From: an uncultured bacterium
GTDB lineage: Bacteria; Chloroflexota; Ktedonobacteria; Ktedonobacterales; JADMIN01
DNA: 64,000 bases
Reading direction: 5' to 3'
Assembly (NCBI GenBank): GCA_963733745.1
Contig: CAVTFE010000002.1
Location: 70,558 to 134,557 of the forward strand
The position numbers were made by a program, and so were the translations under genes. Of this stretch, positions 1 through 9,828 are shown piece after piece. The notes beneath the pieces were generated by a model. That model made no database searches. It had not been told where the DNA came from and was given only the letters and a program-made list of their open reading frames with translations. Position 1 is the stretch's first letter. Every line of letters starts with the position of its first letter.

Positions 1-1899
1 TGCGAGAACGAGACCAACGACCGGCTGCTCTTTGGCGCCGCCAACGCCTCACCCTATGTGAAGGACGGCGTCAACGATTTCGTGGTTCATGGCGACGAGA
101 GCGCCGTCAACCGTGAGGGCGGCAGTAAGATGGCCGCTCATTTCACCACGACGGTCGAGCCAGGAGAATCATGGGTGATTCAGCTCCGCTTTACGCCGAG
201 CGATCTGCCCGAACCCTTCGCCAACTTCGACGCGCATTTCGCTCAGCGCAAGGCTGAAGCCGACGCCTTCTATGCAGGCATACAGCCAGCGACGCTGACG
301 CCTGACCAGCGCTACGTGCAGCGCCAGGCCTTCGCGGGGCTACTGTGGTGTAAGCAGTACTACCACTATCTGGTCTATCGCTGGCTCACTGGCGACCCAA
401 CCCAGCCGCCGCCACCGCCCGAACGCTGGAACGGGCGCAATCGGGACTGGTGGCATATCCTCAACGCCGACGTGATTCTGATGCCCGATGCCTGGGAGTA
501 TCCCTGGTACGCGACGTGGGATCTCGCGTTCCACTGTGTCACGATGGCGCTGATAGACCCGGAGTTCGCCAAGAGCCAGTTGCGCCTCATCACCTCGGCG
601 ATCTATCAGCATCCCTACGGGCAGATCCCCGCCTATGAGTGGAACTTCGACGACACGAATCCTCCTGTCTTTGTCTGGGCGGCGTGGCAGGTCTACCTGC
701 TCGATTTCGCCGCCACCGGCAAGAGCGACCGGCGCTTCCTACAGACCATTTTCCGCACGATGCAGCTCGTGGTGAACTGGTGGCTCAACAAGAAGGACGA
801 GACTGGGCGCGGCGTGTTTGGCGGCGGCTTTCTAGGGATGGACAACATCGGCGTCTTCGACCGCGACGAGCCGCTCCCGACCGGCGGCTTCCTGGCCGAG
901 GTGGATGGCACGAGTTGGGTGGCGGCGACGGTGCTGCACATGACCGAGATCGCCACCGAGCTGGCGCGCACGGACCCCACCTACGAAGACCTGCTCGCGC
1001 GCTATGTATGGGATTTCGTCTCCATCGCCACCGTGCTGGAGCAGGGTGTCCAGGGCAAGAGCTTCTGGAACGAGGACGACGGTTTCTACCACGACGTCAT
1101 CGTGTTCATGGAACAGCGCGATACCAATCAATTGCGCGTCTTCTCGCTACAAGGGCTAACGCCACTCTTCGCCGCCATCGCCGTGCCACGTGAGCAAGTG
1201 GAGCGCCATCATGGACAACGCGTCGACGTCGAGTCGTATCTGGCGAAGCACCCGCTGTTGAGCGCCGCGTTTCGCTCACGTCAGGAGCAAGGCGCCGGTC
1301 ACGACACGCTCTATGGCGTCGTCTACGGCGAGCGCCTGCGGCGCATACTGCGGCGCATGCTCGACCCGGACGAGTTTCTCTCGCCGCATGGCATCCGCTC
1401 GATCTCGCGCGCGCGGCTCGACGATCCCTACACCTTTCACGTGGGCGACCAGACCTATGCCGTCAAATACATGCCGGCGGAATCGGAGAACCGCATGTTT
1501 GGCGGCAACTCCAACTGGCGCGGGCCGATCTGGTTCCCGATGAACTTCCTGCTCATCCAGGCGCTAACCACCTACGCGCAGTTCTATGGCGAGACGATGA
1601 CGGTCGAGCATCCCACTGGCTCGGGGAAGATGGTTAGCTTGCAGGCGGTCGCCGACGATCTAGCGCAGCGGCTGGTCTCGATCTTCCTGCGCGGCGACGA
1701 TGGGCGGCGGCCGGTCTTTGGCGGCAATGACTACTTCCAGACCGATCCGCACTGGCGCGATCTTGTTCCGTTCCACGAATATTTCCACGGCGACAACGGC
1801 GCTGGGCTGGGCGCCAGTCATCAGACGGGATGGACGGCGCTGGCGGCGGTGTTGCTTCAGTATGGCGGCGCGCTCCGCTTTGCGCGCCCCAAGGAGTGA
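1..1899 (+). CDS. GH63-like glycoside hydrolase (MGH1/glucosidase family); 5' end lies upstream of the window
   Basis: Frame 1 is open from base 1 (CENETNDRLLFGAANASPYV...) into ORF 58..1899. WWHILNADVILMPDAWEYPWYATWDLAFH and the long C-terminal half match my recollection of GH63/MGH1 glucosidases. Confidence 0.8.
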   Translation, partial: CENETNDRLLFGAANASPYVKDGVNDFVVHGDESAVNREGGSKMAAHFTTTVEPGESWVIQLRFTPSDLPEPFANFDAHFAQRKAEADAFYAGIQPATLTPDQRYVQRQAFAGLLWCKQYYHYLVYRWLTGDPTQPPPPPERWNGRNRDWWHILNADVILMPDAWEYPWYATWDLAFHCVTMALIDPEFAKSQLRLITSAIYQHPYGQIPAYEWNFDDTNPPVFVWAAWQVYLLDFAATGKSDRRFLQTIFRTMQLVVNWWLNKKDETGRGVFGGGFLGMDNIGVFDRDEPLPTGGFLAEVDGTSWVAATVLHMTEIATELARTDPTYEDLLARYVWDFVSIATVLEQGVQGKSFWNEDDGFYHDVIVFMEQRDTNQLRVFSLQGLTPLFAAIAVPREQVERHHGQRVDVESYLAKHPLLSAAFRSRQEQGAGHDTLYGVVYGERLRRILRRMLDPDEFLSPHGIRSISRARLDDPYTFHVGDQTYAVKYMPAESENRMFGGNSNWRGPIWFPMNFLLIQALTTYAQFYGETMTVEHPTGSGKMVSLQAVADDLAQRLVSIFLRGDDGRRPVFGGNDYFQTDPHWRDLVPFHEYFHGDNGAGLGASHQTGWTALAAVLLQYGGALRFARPKE

Positions 1900-2023
1900 T
1901 CACATAGGTGGGGCTAGCGCAGTTCTTTCTGAAGACAGGTTGGGCCGTGCGCATGCTCCAGATGAACCGATAGTTCGGCGATGTGAAGGAATGGGTGGGG
2001 ATATGAGGAGGGGACAGAGCGGT

Positions 2024-3130
2024 ATGAACGACCACAACATCCAGCGACGACTCGACCATAAGACAACCTGGAGCCGAATGCTCACGGGCGGTGTGGCGTT
2101 CGCGCTTATGGCGCTGACGCTATTTGTCGCGCCGTTGGTGGGCGCAACCGCTCGGCGACCAGCGTCCGGGCGAATCTCCGCCCAGGCTGCGCTCCCTGCT
2201 GACACTCCTGGCGCTGGCACACCGGTGAGTACCCTCAGTCCTGGCGTCACCGCTACTCCGAATGCGCCCACCCCAACCTTTACGCCCGCACCGCCAACGC
2301 CGACGTCGATTGCAACCACGGCGCCGACGACAGTTCCAACTCCCACCTCGGGGACCGTGACCACCACTCCTACGCCGGGCGGCACACCCACCACTACTCC
2401 AGGTGCGACGGCAAGCGCGACGGCGACGCTGGGGCATGTGCCTACCGGCACGCTGAGCGTCAGCTATAGCCCCACCACCCATGTTGCGCGAACCACCTTG
2501 AATATGACAGGCCTCGCACAGGGCGGCACAGCGGTGACGGTCGTGATGAGCGGGACCTGCTCGGCGCCAGGCGGGGTCGCCTGGCAGGGCGCTCCCTTCA
2601 CTGCGGACGCCAATGGCAAGGTCAGCAACTTCAAGGTCAACTACCGCAATGTCAAAGGTGTGCCTACCGGCGATGTCGTGGGCATCCAGACGGTCCAGGG
2701 CGGCAATGAGACCCGCGCCAATTACCTGCTGGCCTGCAGTCCCATCGCCAGCACTGGCAATAACAAGGGATCGGTCAACCTTGGCCCAGTGCCAGGCGCA
2801 GTCGACGGCAATATCACCGGCAGCGCGACGCTGGCGCAGGCCAACGGCTCGCTGGTGGTCACGATCAAGGCGTCGGGACTGCAGCCCGGCTCGACCAACG
2901 CCACGGCGTTGGATCTAGGTAGTTGCCAGTGGCAGGATTATGTCCTCTATGACCTGCCGCCCATGACCGCTGACAGCAGTGGAAACGGGCAAGTCGCCAT
3001 GACCATCCAGAACGCGCAGCCCATCTCGTCCTCGAACAACTGGTACATCGCCATTGACTACAACGCCACCATCAATCCCGCCTACTTCATGACGGTGGGC
3101 TGCGGCAACGTCGTAGTCGCTGGCTCATAG
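2024..3130 (+). CDS. Secreted or membrane-anchored protein with a Pro/Thr-rich linker and two tandem beta-rich domains
   Basis: ORF 1700..3130 overlaps the upstream gene. An internal ATG at 2024 follows AGGAGG (2006-2011). Hydrophobic anchor GGVAFALMALTLFVAPLVG, a roughly 70-aa P/T spacer, then two roughly 110-aa segments with a shared pattern. Confidence 0.6.
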   Translation: MNDHNIQRRLDHKTTWSRMLTGGVAFALMALTLFVAPLVGATARRPASGRISAQAALPADTPGAGTPVSTLSPGVTATPNAPTPTFTPAPPTPTSIATTAPTTVPTPTSGTVTTTPTPGGTPTTTPGATASATATLGHVPTGTLSVSYSPTTHVARTTLNMTGLAQGGTAVTVVMSGTCSAPGGVAWQGAPFTADANGKVSNFKVNYRNVKGVPTGDVVGIQTVQGGNETRANYLLACSPIASTGNNKGSVNLGPVPGAVDGNITGSATLAQANGSLVVTIKASGLQPGSTNATALDLGSCQWQDYVLYDLPPMTADSSGNGQVAMTIQNAQPISSSNNWYIAIDYNATINPAYFMTVGCGNVVVAGS

Positions 3131-3271
3131 TGCGCGGAAGCGGAATGCCTTAACGCTCGCCGAGCGTCATAGAGGCGGTTGCGGGGGCGTTCCATGAATG
3201 GTGGAGTGGCGTATACTTGCGTCTAGCGCGGAGCGAGTAGAGATAATTGCGACGTAGAGAAGGGAGCGCCC

Positions 3272-4699
3272 ATGAACCCGGAACTATTGTCACGGATCCA
3301 GTTCGCGCTGACGATCAGCTTCCACTACATCTACCCGCCCATCTCGATGGGACTTGGCATCATCCTCGTGCTCTTCGGCGTGCTCTACGTGCGCACGAAA
3401 GAGCAGAAGTGGCGCGAGCTCTCATTCTACTGGCTCAAGATCTACAGCCTCGTCTTCGCCATGGGCATCGCCACCGGTGTCGTACAGGAATTCGAGTTCG
3501 GCATGAACTGGGCCACCTATTCGCGCTTCGTCGGCAACATCTTTGGGAGTCTGCTGGCCGCCGAGGGCGTCTTCGCCTTCTTCCTGGAGGGCGGTTTCTT
3601 GGGCCTGATGCTCTTCGGGGGCAGCCGCCTCGGCCCGCGCCTCTGGCTCCTCGCCACCACGCTTGTCGTCTTCGGCGCGCATTTCAGCGCGCTGTGGATC
3701 GTCATGGCCAACTCGTGGATGCAGACGCCCGCTGGCTACACGCTCCAGCAGACGCCGAATGGGCAGATCGCGGTGATGCAGAGTTTCGCGTCGGTCGTCT
3801 TCACGCCCTCGTTCGGCGCGCGCATCTTCCACGTCTTCGTGAGCGCGTGGCTGGTCGGCACGTCGCTGGTGTTAAGCGTCAGCGCATGGCATCTGCTGCG
3901 CAAGCGCCACGAGGAGCTGGCGAAGTCAGCCATCCGTGTCGCGCTGCCGACCTTCGCCGTGCTGGCGTTTCTGCAGGTTTTCGTCTTTGGCTCCTGGATG
4001 GCGCTGGTGGTGACCAGCCATCAGCCGACCAAGCTGGCCGGAATGGAGGGCCTCTGGCAGACGACGAGTTGCGCGCCGCTCTATCTGGTCGGCTGGGTCG
4101 ATCCCGCCACGCAGACAACGCACGGGGTCGCGGTGCCCTGTCTGCTCAGTTACCTGGCGTATTTCAATATCCATGCGCCGGTGACGGGGCTGGACGCCTA
4201 CCCGTCTGACCTCTGGCCGCCACTCCAACTCGCGTTCCAGGCCTATCATGCCATGATTGACCTGGGGATGCTCTTCATCCTCATCGGCCTCATTGGCGCG
4301 GTCTACTACTTCTGGGGACGGCGCCTCTTCACCACACGCTGGGTCTTGTGGACGCTGGTCACGACGATCTTCTTCACCGAGTTGGCGACGCTGGCGGGCT
4401 GGTGGACGGCGGAGTTTGGCCGCCAGCCCTGGATCGTCTGGGACTTGCTCAAGACACAGAACGCGGTCTCACCCACCCTCAATACCCTCGATGTCTTCCT
4501 CTCGCTCGGCATCTTTATCCTGATGTACGCCGCGCTTTTTGTCCTCTTCCTCTACCTGCTCAACGGCGCCATCCAGAAGGGGCCAGAACCACTGGAGGAG
4601 CCATCTGGCGAGGAGCCGTTGCCGGACACCTTCCGCGAGATCTTCCGTAGACGGCCACCGCGCACCGATCTGCCTCCAGAGGTATCGGCGCCAGCCTGA
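3272..4699 (+). CDS. cydA: Cytochrome bd ubiquinol oxidase subunit I
   Basis: N-terminus MNPELLSRIQFALTISFHYIYPPISMGLG is the classic CydA start. Multi-TM 475 aa. GAGAAGGGAG RBS upstream. Followed by cydB. Confidence 0.95.
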   Translation: MNPELLSRIQFALTISFHYIYPPISMGLGIILVLFGVLYVRTKEQKWRELSFYWLKIYSLVFAMGIATGVVQEFEFGMNWATYSRFVGNIFGSLLAAEGVFAFFLEGGFLGLMLFGGSRLGPRLWLLATTLVVFGAHFSALWIVMANSWMQTPAGYTLQQTPNGQIAVMQSFASVVFTPSFGARIFHVFVSAWLVGTSLVLSVSAWHLLRKRHEELAKSAIRVALPTFAVLAFLQVFVFGSWMALVVTSHQPTKLAGMEGLWQTTSCAPLYLVGWVDPATQTTHGVAVPCLLSYLAYFNIHAPVTGLDAYPSDLWPPLQLAFQAYHAMIDLGMLFILIGLIGAVYYFWGRRLFTTRWVLWTLVTTIFFTELATLAGWWTAEFGRQPWIVWDLLKTQNAVSPTLNTLDVFLSLGIFILMYAALFVLFLYLLNGAIQKGPEPLEEPSGEEPLPDTFREIFRRRPPRTDLPPEVSAPA

Positions 4700-4743
4700 G
4701 TACGGCCTGAGTTATTGCAGCGCTTGCGGATAGGAGGATCGCC

Positions 4744-5763
4744 ATGTGGCTGAATGTCGTCTGGTATGTGCTGTTCATGGTGATCGTGGGTGGCTACCTC
4801 ATCCTGGATGGCTTCGATCTCGGCGTTGGCATTCTGCATCCCTTCGCCGCCAAAACCGACACCGAGCGGCGCATCGTCCTCAACAGCATCGGCCCGGTCT
4901 GGGACGGCAATGAGGTCTGGCTCGTGCTGGCCGGTGGCGTGCTCTTCGCCGTCTTTCCATTCGTCTACGCCGCCCTCTTCTCGGGGTTCTACCTCGCGTT
5001 CATGCTCGTGCTGCTCTGTCTGATTCTGCGCCCCGTCGCCATCGAGTTCCGCAGCCAGCGCCCTGACCCCCGCTGGCGCGCCACCTGGGATTGGGTCTTC
5101 TTTGGCGCGTCGGCGGGGCTGGCGTTGCTGCTGGGCACGGCGCTCGGCGATATCTTAAGCGGTGTGCCCCTCGACGCGCAGGGCAACATCACGGTCAGCC
5201 TGATCGATCTGCTCAAGCCCTATCCGCTCCTCATCGGGGTGACGACCGTGGCGCTGTTCGCGATGCACGGCGCGCTCTATTTGGCGATGAAGACCGAGGG
5301 CGGGCTGCAGGCGCGCGTCGAGGGCTGGCTGCCGCGGCTGATGCTGGCCTTCTTCGCGCTCAATACCATCGTCGTCATCGGCACGGTCATTCTGCGCAGA
5401 CAGGTGACGGATCGCTACCTCACCCAGTACTGGCCAATCATCTTTCCGGCCGCTGCGCTCGGCGCGCTGATCCTGTCCTGGTACATGCTGCGCCAGGGAC
5501 GCTATCTCGAGGCGTTCGCCGCCTCAGCGGGTGTGATCGCGCTGCTCATCCTCTCGGTCGCGGTAGGACTCTACCCCAACCTGCTGCTCTCGACGATCAG
5601 CCCCAGTTACAATCTGACCGCCTTCAACGCCGCCTCGGAGGCCAACACGCTCGCCGTCTCGCTCATCATCGCCGCGATCGGCATCCCGCTCGTCCTGCTC
5701 TACACTGCCGGTGTCTACTACTTCTTCAAGGGCAAGGTGAAACTCGAGCGCGAGAGCTATTAA
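4744..5763 (+). CDS. cydB: Cytochrome bd ubiquinol oxidase subunit II
   Basis: MWLNVVWYVLFMVIVGGYLILDGFDLGVGIL is typical of CydB. TAGGAGGA RBS upstream. Sits immediately after cydA. Confidence 0.95.
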   Translation: MWLNVVWYVLFMVIVGGYLILDGFDLGVGILHPFAAKTDTERRIVLNSIGPVWDGNEVWLVLAGGVLFAVFPFVYAALFSGFYLAFMLVLLCLILRPVAIEFRSQRPDPRWRATWDWVFFGASAGLALLLGTALGDILSGVPLDAQGNITVSLIDLLKPYPLLIGVTTVALFAMHGALYLAMKTEGGLQARVEGWLPRLMLAFFALNTIVVIGTVILRRQVTDRYLTQYWPIIFPAAALGALILSWYMLRQGRYLEAFAASAGVIALLILSVAVGLYPNLLLSTISPSYNLTAFNAASEANTLAVSLIIAAIGIPLVLLYTAGVYYFFKGKVKLERESY

Positions 5764-5767
5764 CGCC

Positions 5768-7537
5768 GTGAAGCAGAACGCAAGCGCAAGGTCCATGACG
5801 GTTGACCGGCGCATCCTGCGGCTGGACACGCGGGCGCGGCGCTGGATCACGCTCGCCGTCACGCTGATGGCCCTGGCGGCGGTGGCGCTGATCGCGCAGG
5901 CGCTGCTGCTGAGCCAGACCATCAGCAGGGTCTTCCGTGGCGGCCAGACGCTTGGCGCTGTCCTCCCATTGCTCGTTCTGCTGCTTCTGCTGATCGGCGT
6001 GCGCGCGGCGCTCCAGTGGGGCGGCGAGGTCATCGCGCAACGCGGCGCGAGCCGGATCAAGCGCGAAATGCGTCTGCGCCTCCTACGAAAACTGGGGCAG
6101 AGCACGCTCTCTGCAAGCGACGAACGCAGCGGCGAGCTGGCGCATACAGCCGTCGAGGGCGTCGAGACGCTAGACGAGTACGTCACGCAATACCAGACGG
6201 CGCGCCTGCTCGCGGCGCTGGTACCGGCGCTGGTCTTCCTCGTCGTCCTCTGGCTCGACCCGCTCTCGGGATCGATCCTCATCGTCGCCGGACCGCTGCT
6301 CGTCCTCCTGCTCGCCGTCATCGGGTCGCGCACCAAAGAGTTGAGCGAGCGCCGGTTTGAAGAACTGCGCTGGATGAGCGCGCACTTCCTCGACATGCTG
6401 CAAGGCTTGACCACCTTAAAGCTCTTCGGGCGCAGCAAGGAACAGACCGAGATCATCGCGGAGATCAGCGAGCGTTTCGGCAGAACGACGATGACGGTGT
6501 TGCGCACAGCCTTCCAGACCTCGCTCGCGCTCGAATGGGCCGCCGTCGCGGCGACAGCGCTTGTCGCCGTGCAGGTCAGCCTGCGCCTGATGGACGGGTT
6601 GGTCGCCTTCGACCGCGCGCTGGCGGTCTTGCTGCTGACTCCAGAGTTCTTCCTGCCGCTGCGCCAGCTTGCCCTCCAGTATCATGCGGGGGCGACGGGC
6701 AAAGCGGCGGCGCAACGCATCTTCGCGCTGCTGGACGCGCCAGCGCCACATGCTGCCCCAACGCCTGCCAGTGGCCTCATCACGCAGATCCCCGATGCAT
6801 ATGATCTGCGCTTCGAGGACGTTCATCTCGCCTATGACGGCGGAGAGCGGCCAGCGCTGCGTGGCCTGACGCTGACGATGCCGCACGGGCAGACGGTCGC
6901 GCTGGTAGGCGCCACTGGTGCGGGCAAGACGTCAGTCGTGCGTCTGTTGCTGCGCTTCGTCGAGCCAACCTCGGGCGCGATCCTGGTGGGCGAGACGCGG
7001 CTCTCAGCCTTTGATCCCGACGCCTGGCGCGCGCGTATCGGCTGGGTCCCACAACAGCCGCGCCTCTTCTATGGCACGGTCGCCGATAACCTGCGCCTGG
7101 CGCGACCAGCCGCCAGCCGGGAGGAGATGGAAGAAGCGGCGCGCATGGCCAACGCGCTCGACTTCATCCGGGCGCTGCCGCAAGGGCTCGAGACGCCGAT
7201 TTACGAGGGAGGGACACGTCTGAGCGGCGGCCAGCGCCAGCGCATCGCCATCGCGCGCGCGTTTCTGAAAGATGCGCCACTGCTCATCCTCGACGAGGCG
7301 ACCGCGCATCTGGACGCCGAGAGCGAAGAACTCGTTCGCGAGGCGACGCTGCGGCTGCTGCGTGGGCGCACGACGCTGATCATCGCGCACCGGCTGGAGA
7401 TGGCCTATGGCGCCGACCAGATCGTCGTGCTCGATCATGGGCTGGCCGTCGAATCCGGCGACCATCACTCCCTGCTGGCGACAGGGGGATACTATCAGGC
7501 GCTAGTGGCGAGCTACGAGCGGGAGGCGGCGCGATGA
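5768..7537 (+). CDS. cydD: Thiol reductant ABC exporter subunit CydD
   Basis: ABC transmembrane domain plus NBD (Walker A GATGAGKTS, signature LSGGQRQRIAIARA). Synteny after cydAB. GTG start at 5768; the ATG at 5795 is an alternative. Confidence 0.9.
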   Translation: MKQNASARSMTVDRRILRLDTRARRWITLAVTLMALAAVALIAQALLLSQTISRVFRGGQTLGAVLPLLVLLLLLIGVRAALQWGGEVIAQRGASRIKREMRLRLLRKLGQSTLSASDERSGELAHTAVEGVETLDEYVTQYQTARLLAALVPALVFLVVLWLDPLSGSILIVAGPLLVLLLAVIGSRTKELSERRFEELRWMSAHFLDMLQGLTTLKLFGRSKEQTEIIAEISERFGRTTMTVLRTAFQTSLALEWAAVAATALVAVQVSLRLMDGLVAFDRALAVLLLTPEFFLPLRQLALQYHAGATGKAAAQRIFALLDAPAPHAAPTPASGLITQIPDAYDLRFEDVHLAYDGGERPALRGLTLTMPHGQTVALVGATGAGKTSVVRLLLRFVEPTSGAILVGETRLSAFDPDAWRARIGWVPQQPRLFYGTVADNLRLARPAASREEMEEAARMANALDFIRALPQGLETPIYEGGTRLSGGQRQRIAIARAFLKDAPLLILDEATAHLDAESEELVREATLRLLRGRTTLIIAHRLEMAYGADQIVVLDHGLAVESGDHHSLLATGGYYQALVASYEREAAR

Positions 7538-9213
7538 ATACGCTCGCGCGGCTGCTCAAGCTGCTCGCGCCGTTTCGCTGGTGGATCGCGCTCGCGATAG
7601 CGCTCGGCTTCGCCACCATTGGCTCTGGCGTCGGCCTGATGGCGATGTCCGCTTACCTGATCTCGCGCGCGGTGGTGGTCTCTTCGGTCGCCGAACTCTC
7701 GCTGGCGATTGCTGGGGTGCGCCTCTTCGCGCTCTCGCGCGCCGCCTTGCGCTACGTCGAGCGCTATCTAACCCACCTGACGACCTTTCGCATCCTGACG
7801 CGGCTGCGTGTCTGGTTCTATTCTGCTCTGGAGCCGCTCGCCCCTGCGCGACTGCAACGCTACCGCAGCGGCGACCTGCTGACGCGCGTTGTCGCCGATA
7901 TCGAGACGCTGGAAGATTTCTACGTGCGTGTCGTGACGCCGCCCATCGTCGCTGCGCTGGTCACCGCGCTGGCCTGCGCGATCCTGGGCGCGTTCGATGT
8001 CTGGCTGGCGGTCGCGCTGCTCCTCTTCCTGGCGCTAACAGGTGTGGCGCTCCCTCTGGTGACACAGTGGCTTGGTCGCGAGCCGTCGGACGCCCTCATC
8101 GCCACGCGCGCCGAGTTGAACGCGCGCATGGTAGACCAGATCCAGGGAGCGGAGGACCTGCTCGCCTTCGGGCAGGAAGAGACGTATCAGATGCGCGCGC
8201 TGGAGCTGGGCGACCAGTTGAACCAGTCGCAGGAGCGCCTCGCGGTGATCCGTGGGCTGGGCGTCGCGCTCGGCGGCTTGCTGGCGAGTCTCGCCGGGCT
8301 GACAATCCTGTGGCTGGCGATACCGTTGGTGACAAATGGCCATATCGACGGCGTGTATCTGGCCCTCCTGCCACTGACGGCGATAGCGAGCTTTGAGGCG
8401 GTTCAGCCGCTCTCGCTGGCCTTGCAGAACCTGGAGGCGAGCCAGGCTGCCGCACGCCGGCTCTTCGAGTTGATCGACAGCGAGCCAGTGGTCGCCGGCA
8501 ATCTAACCTCCTTTCCGCACCCGAATGACTATCGCCTGGTCGCGCGTAATCTCACCTTCGCCTACGCCGAGGATGAGCCGCCCGCGCTGGAGGACATCTC
8601 GTTCAACGTGCCTGCAGGAGGTTGCCTGGCGATCATCGGGCCAAGCGGCGCAGGGAAGTCCACCATCGCTCAACTGCTTCTGCGCTTCTGGGACTACCAG
8701 CAAGGGGAGATAGTGCTCGGCGGACACGATTTGCGCTCGTATGACCCCGATGACGCGCTCTCTCTCTTGAGCGTCATCGCGCAGGATACGTATATCTTCA
8801 ACGGGACCATTCGTGATAACCTCCTGCTCGCCAAAGGCGACGCCAGCGACGAGGAGATTGAGGCGGCGGCGCGGCAGGCGCAGCTTCACGCGTTCATTGA
8901 GACATTGCCACAGGGTTACGACACACTGGTCGGCGAGAACGGCGCGAGGCTCAGTGGAGGCGAGCGTCAGCGTATCGCCATCGCGCGCGCCATCCTCAAG
9001 GATGCGCCGATCTGGCTGCTGGACGAGCCAACAGCGCATCTGGATGCGACCACAGCTCGGGAGATTATGGAGACCCTGCGAGCGCTGACGGCCACTCGAA
9101 CAACCTTGATTCTGGTCCACGATCTACGAGGGCTGGATTTCGCCGGTCATGTGTTGCAACTCAACGCTGGACGCCTCAGGGAGAACCACGCCTCAAGCGG
9201 CGCCGGCGCATAG
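7534..9213 (+). CDS. cydC: Thiol reductant ABC exporter subunit CydC
   Basis: ATGA start/stop overlap with cydD. TMD plus NBD (GPSGAGKST, LSGGERQRIAIARA). Confidence 0.9.
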   Translation: MNTLARLLKLLAPFRWWIALAIALGFATIGSGVGLMAMSAYLISRAVVVSSVAELSLAIAGVRLFALSRAALRYVERYLTHLTTFRILTRLRVWFYSALEPLAPARLQRYRSGDLLTRVVADIETLEDFYVRVVTPPIVAALVTALACAILGAFDVWLAVALLLFLALTGVALPLVTQWLGREPSDALIATRAELNARMVDQIQGAEDLLAFGQEETYQMRALELGDQLNQSQERLAVIRGLGVALGGLLASLAGLTILWLAIPLVTNGHIDGVYLALLPLTAIASFEAVQPLSLALQNLEASQAAARRLFELIDSEPVVAGNLTSFPHPNDYRLVARNLTFAYAEDEPPALEDISFNVPAGGCLAIIGPSGAGKSTIAQLLLRFWDYQQGEIVLGGHDLRSYDPDDALSLLSVIAQDTYIFNGTIRDNLLLAKGDASDEEIEAAARQAQLHAFIETLPQGYDTLVGENGARLSGGERQRIAIARAILKDAPIWLLDEPTAHLDATTAREIMETLRALTATRTTLILVHDLRGLDFAGHVLQLNAGRLRENHASSGAGA

Positions 9214-9413
9214 ATGGGTGGTCGGTAGACGGTTCTACCTCGTCGCCCTATCAACTATCCTGATCCGCGAGCCACTACACGTCTGGCAAGCTGCTCGGTC
9301 TCATCATCGCGAGAGCCGCCAATGTTTTCACGTAGGTCGCGTAATCGTGGTATGCGAACTGCCTCATCTGTGCTGAGAGAGACCCCTTGAACGCGCTGAT
9401 ACCATCGACCTTT

Positions 9414-9447
9414 GGAGTATGCGGAGTATGCGGAGTATGCGGAGTAT
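9414..9447. repeat. 9-bp tandem repeat (GGAGTATGC) x3.8
   Basis: Read directly: three perfect copies at 9414-9440 plus the partial GGAGTAT. Lies in a non-coding spacer. Confidence 0.95.
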
Positions 9448-9520
9448 ACGGGATGCGCGTATTCTGACCTCACCTTTGCCCGTAGTTTCGCGAACCGTCA
9501 GTTGGCGCCTTCTTAATCAA

Positions 9521-9547
9521 GGCGAGTCCAGGCGAGTCCAGGCGAGT
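9521..9547. repeat. 10-bp tandem repeat (GGCGAGTCCA) x2.7
   Basis: Read directly: perfect copies at 9521-9530 and 9531-9540, then the partial GGCGAGT. Confidence 0.95.
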
Positions 9548-9828
9548 TGGCGGAGAGCGCGCTCGCGCTCCTGATTTACTGGGTAATTCAGGAGCGGCTG
9601 GCCAATGAACGGTTGCTCTACGATGGTGTGCGAGATTGCATGTCTTTATCCTCGACTCGCCTTGACACTCATGCCCATTACAGTTGATACTTGATCTTGT
9701 CTCGGCGATCGCGAAGGAACGCCATGTCGAGGCGCTTCCCCAAAGACCACCAAGCACACATAAGGCGTGCCGCTGCTCTTTGGTCTGCTTCCCTATGAGA
9801 TTGCTCACCAGCCGGAAGGAGTCCCGAT

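Noticed and set aside
1700-2023. N-terminal extension of ORF 1700..3130
   Set aside because: It overlaps the end of the glucosidase gene and has an off-frame composition. An internal ATG with AGGAGG and a signal-anchor begins at 2024.
3217-3247. Possible sigma-70-type promoter for cydA (TTGCGT ... GATAAT)
   Set aside because: The spacing is about 19 nt and the match is weak. It cannot be supported without transcription start data.
3247-4209. 320-aa plus-strand ORF overlapping cydA in another frame
   Set aside because: The cydA frame is unambiguous. The alternative frame is an Arg/Ala/Gly-rich artefact.
5524-6507. 327-aa minus-strand ORF antisense to cydB/cydD
   Set aside because: It overlaps two strongly supported plus-strand genes. 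Its Arg/Ser/Ala-rich composition is typical of off-frame translation in high-GC DNA.
9414-9547. Short tandem repeats considered as a CRISPR array
   Set aside because: The units are 9-10 bp, directly abutting with no spacers. No cas genes occur anywhere in the window.
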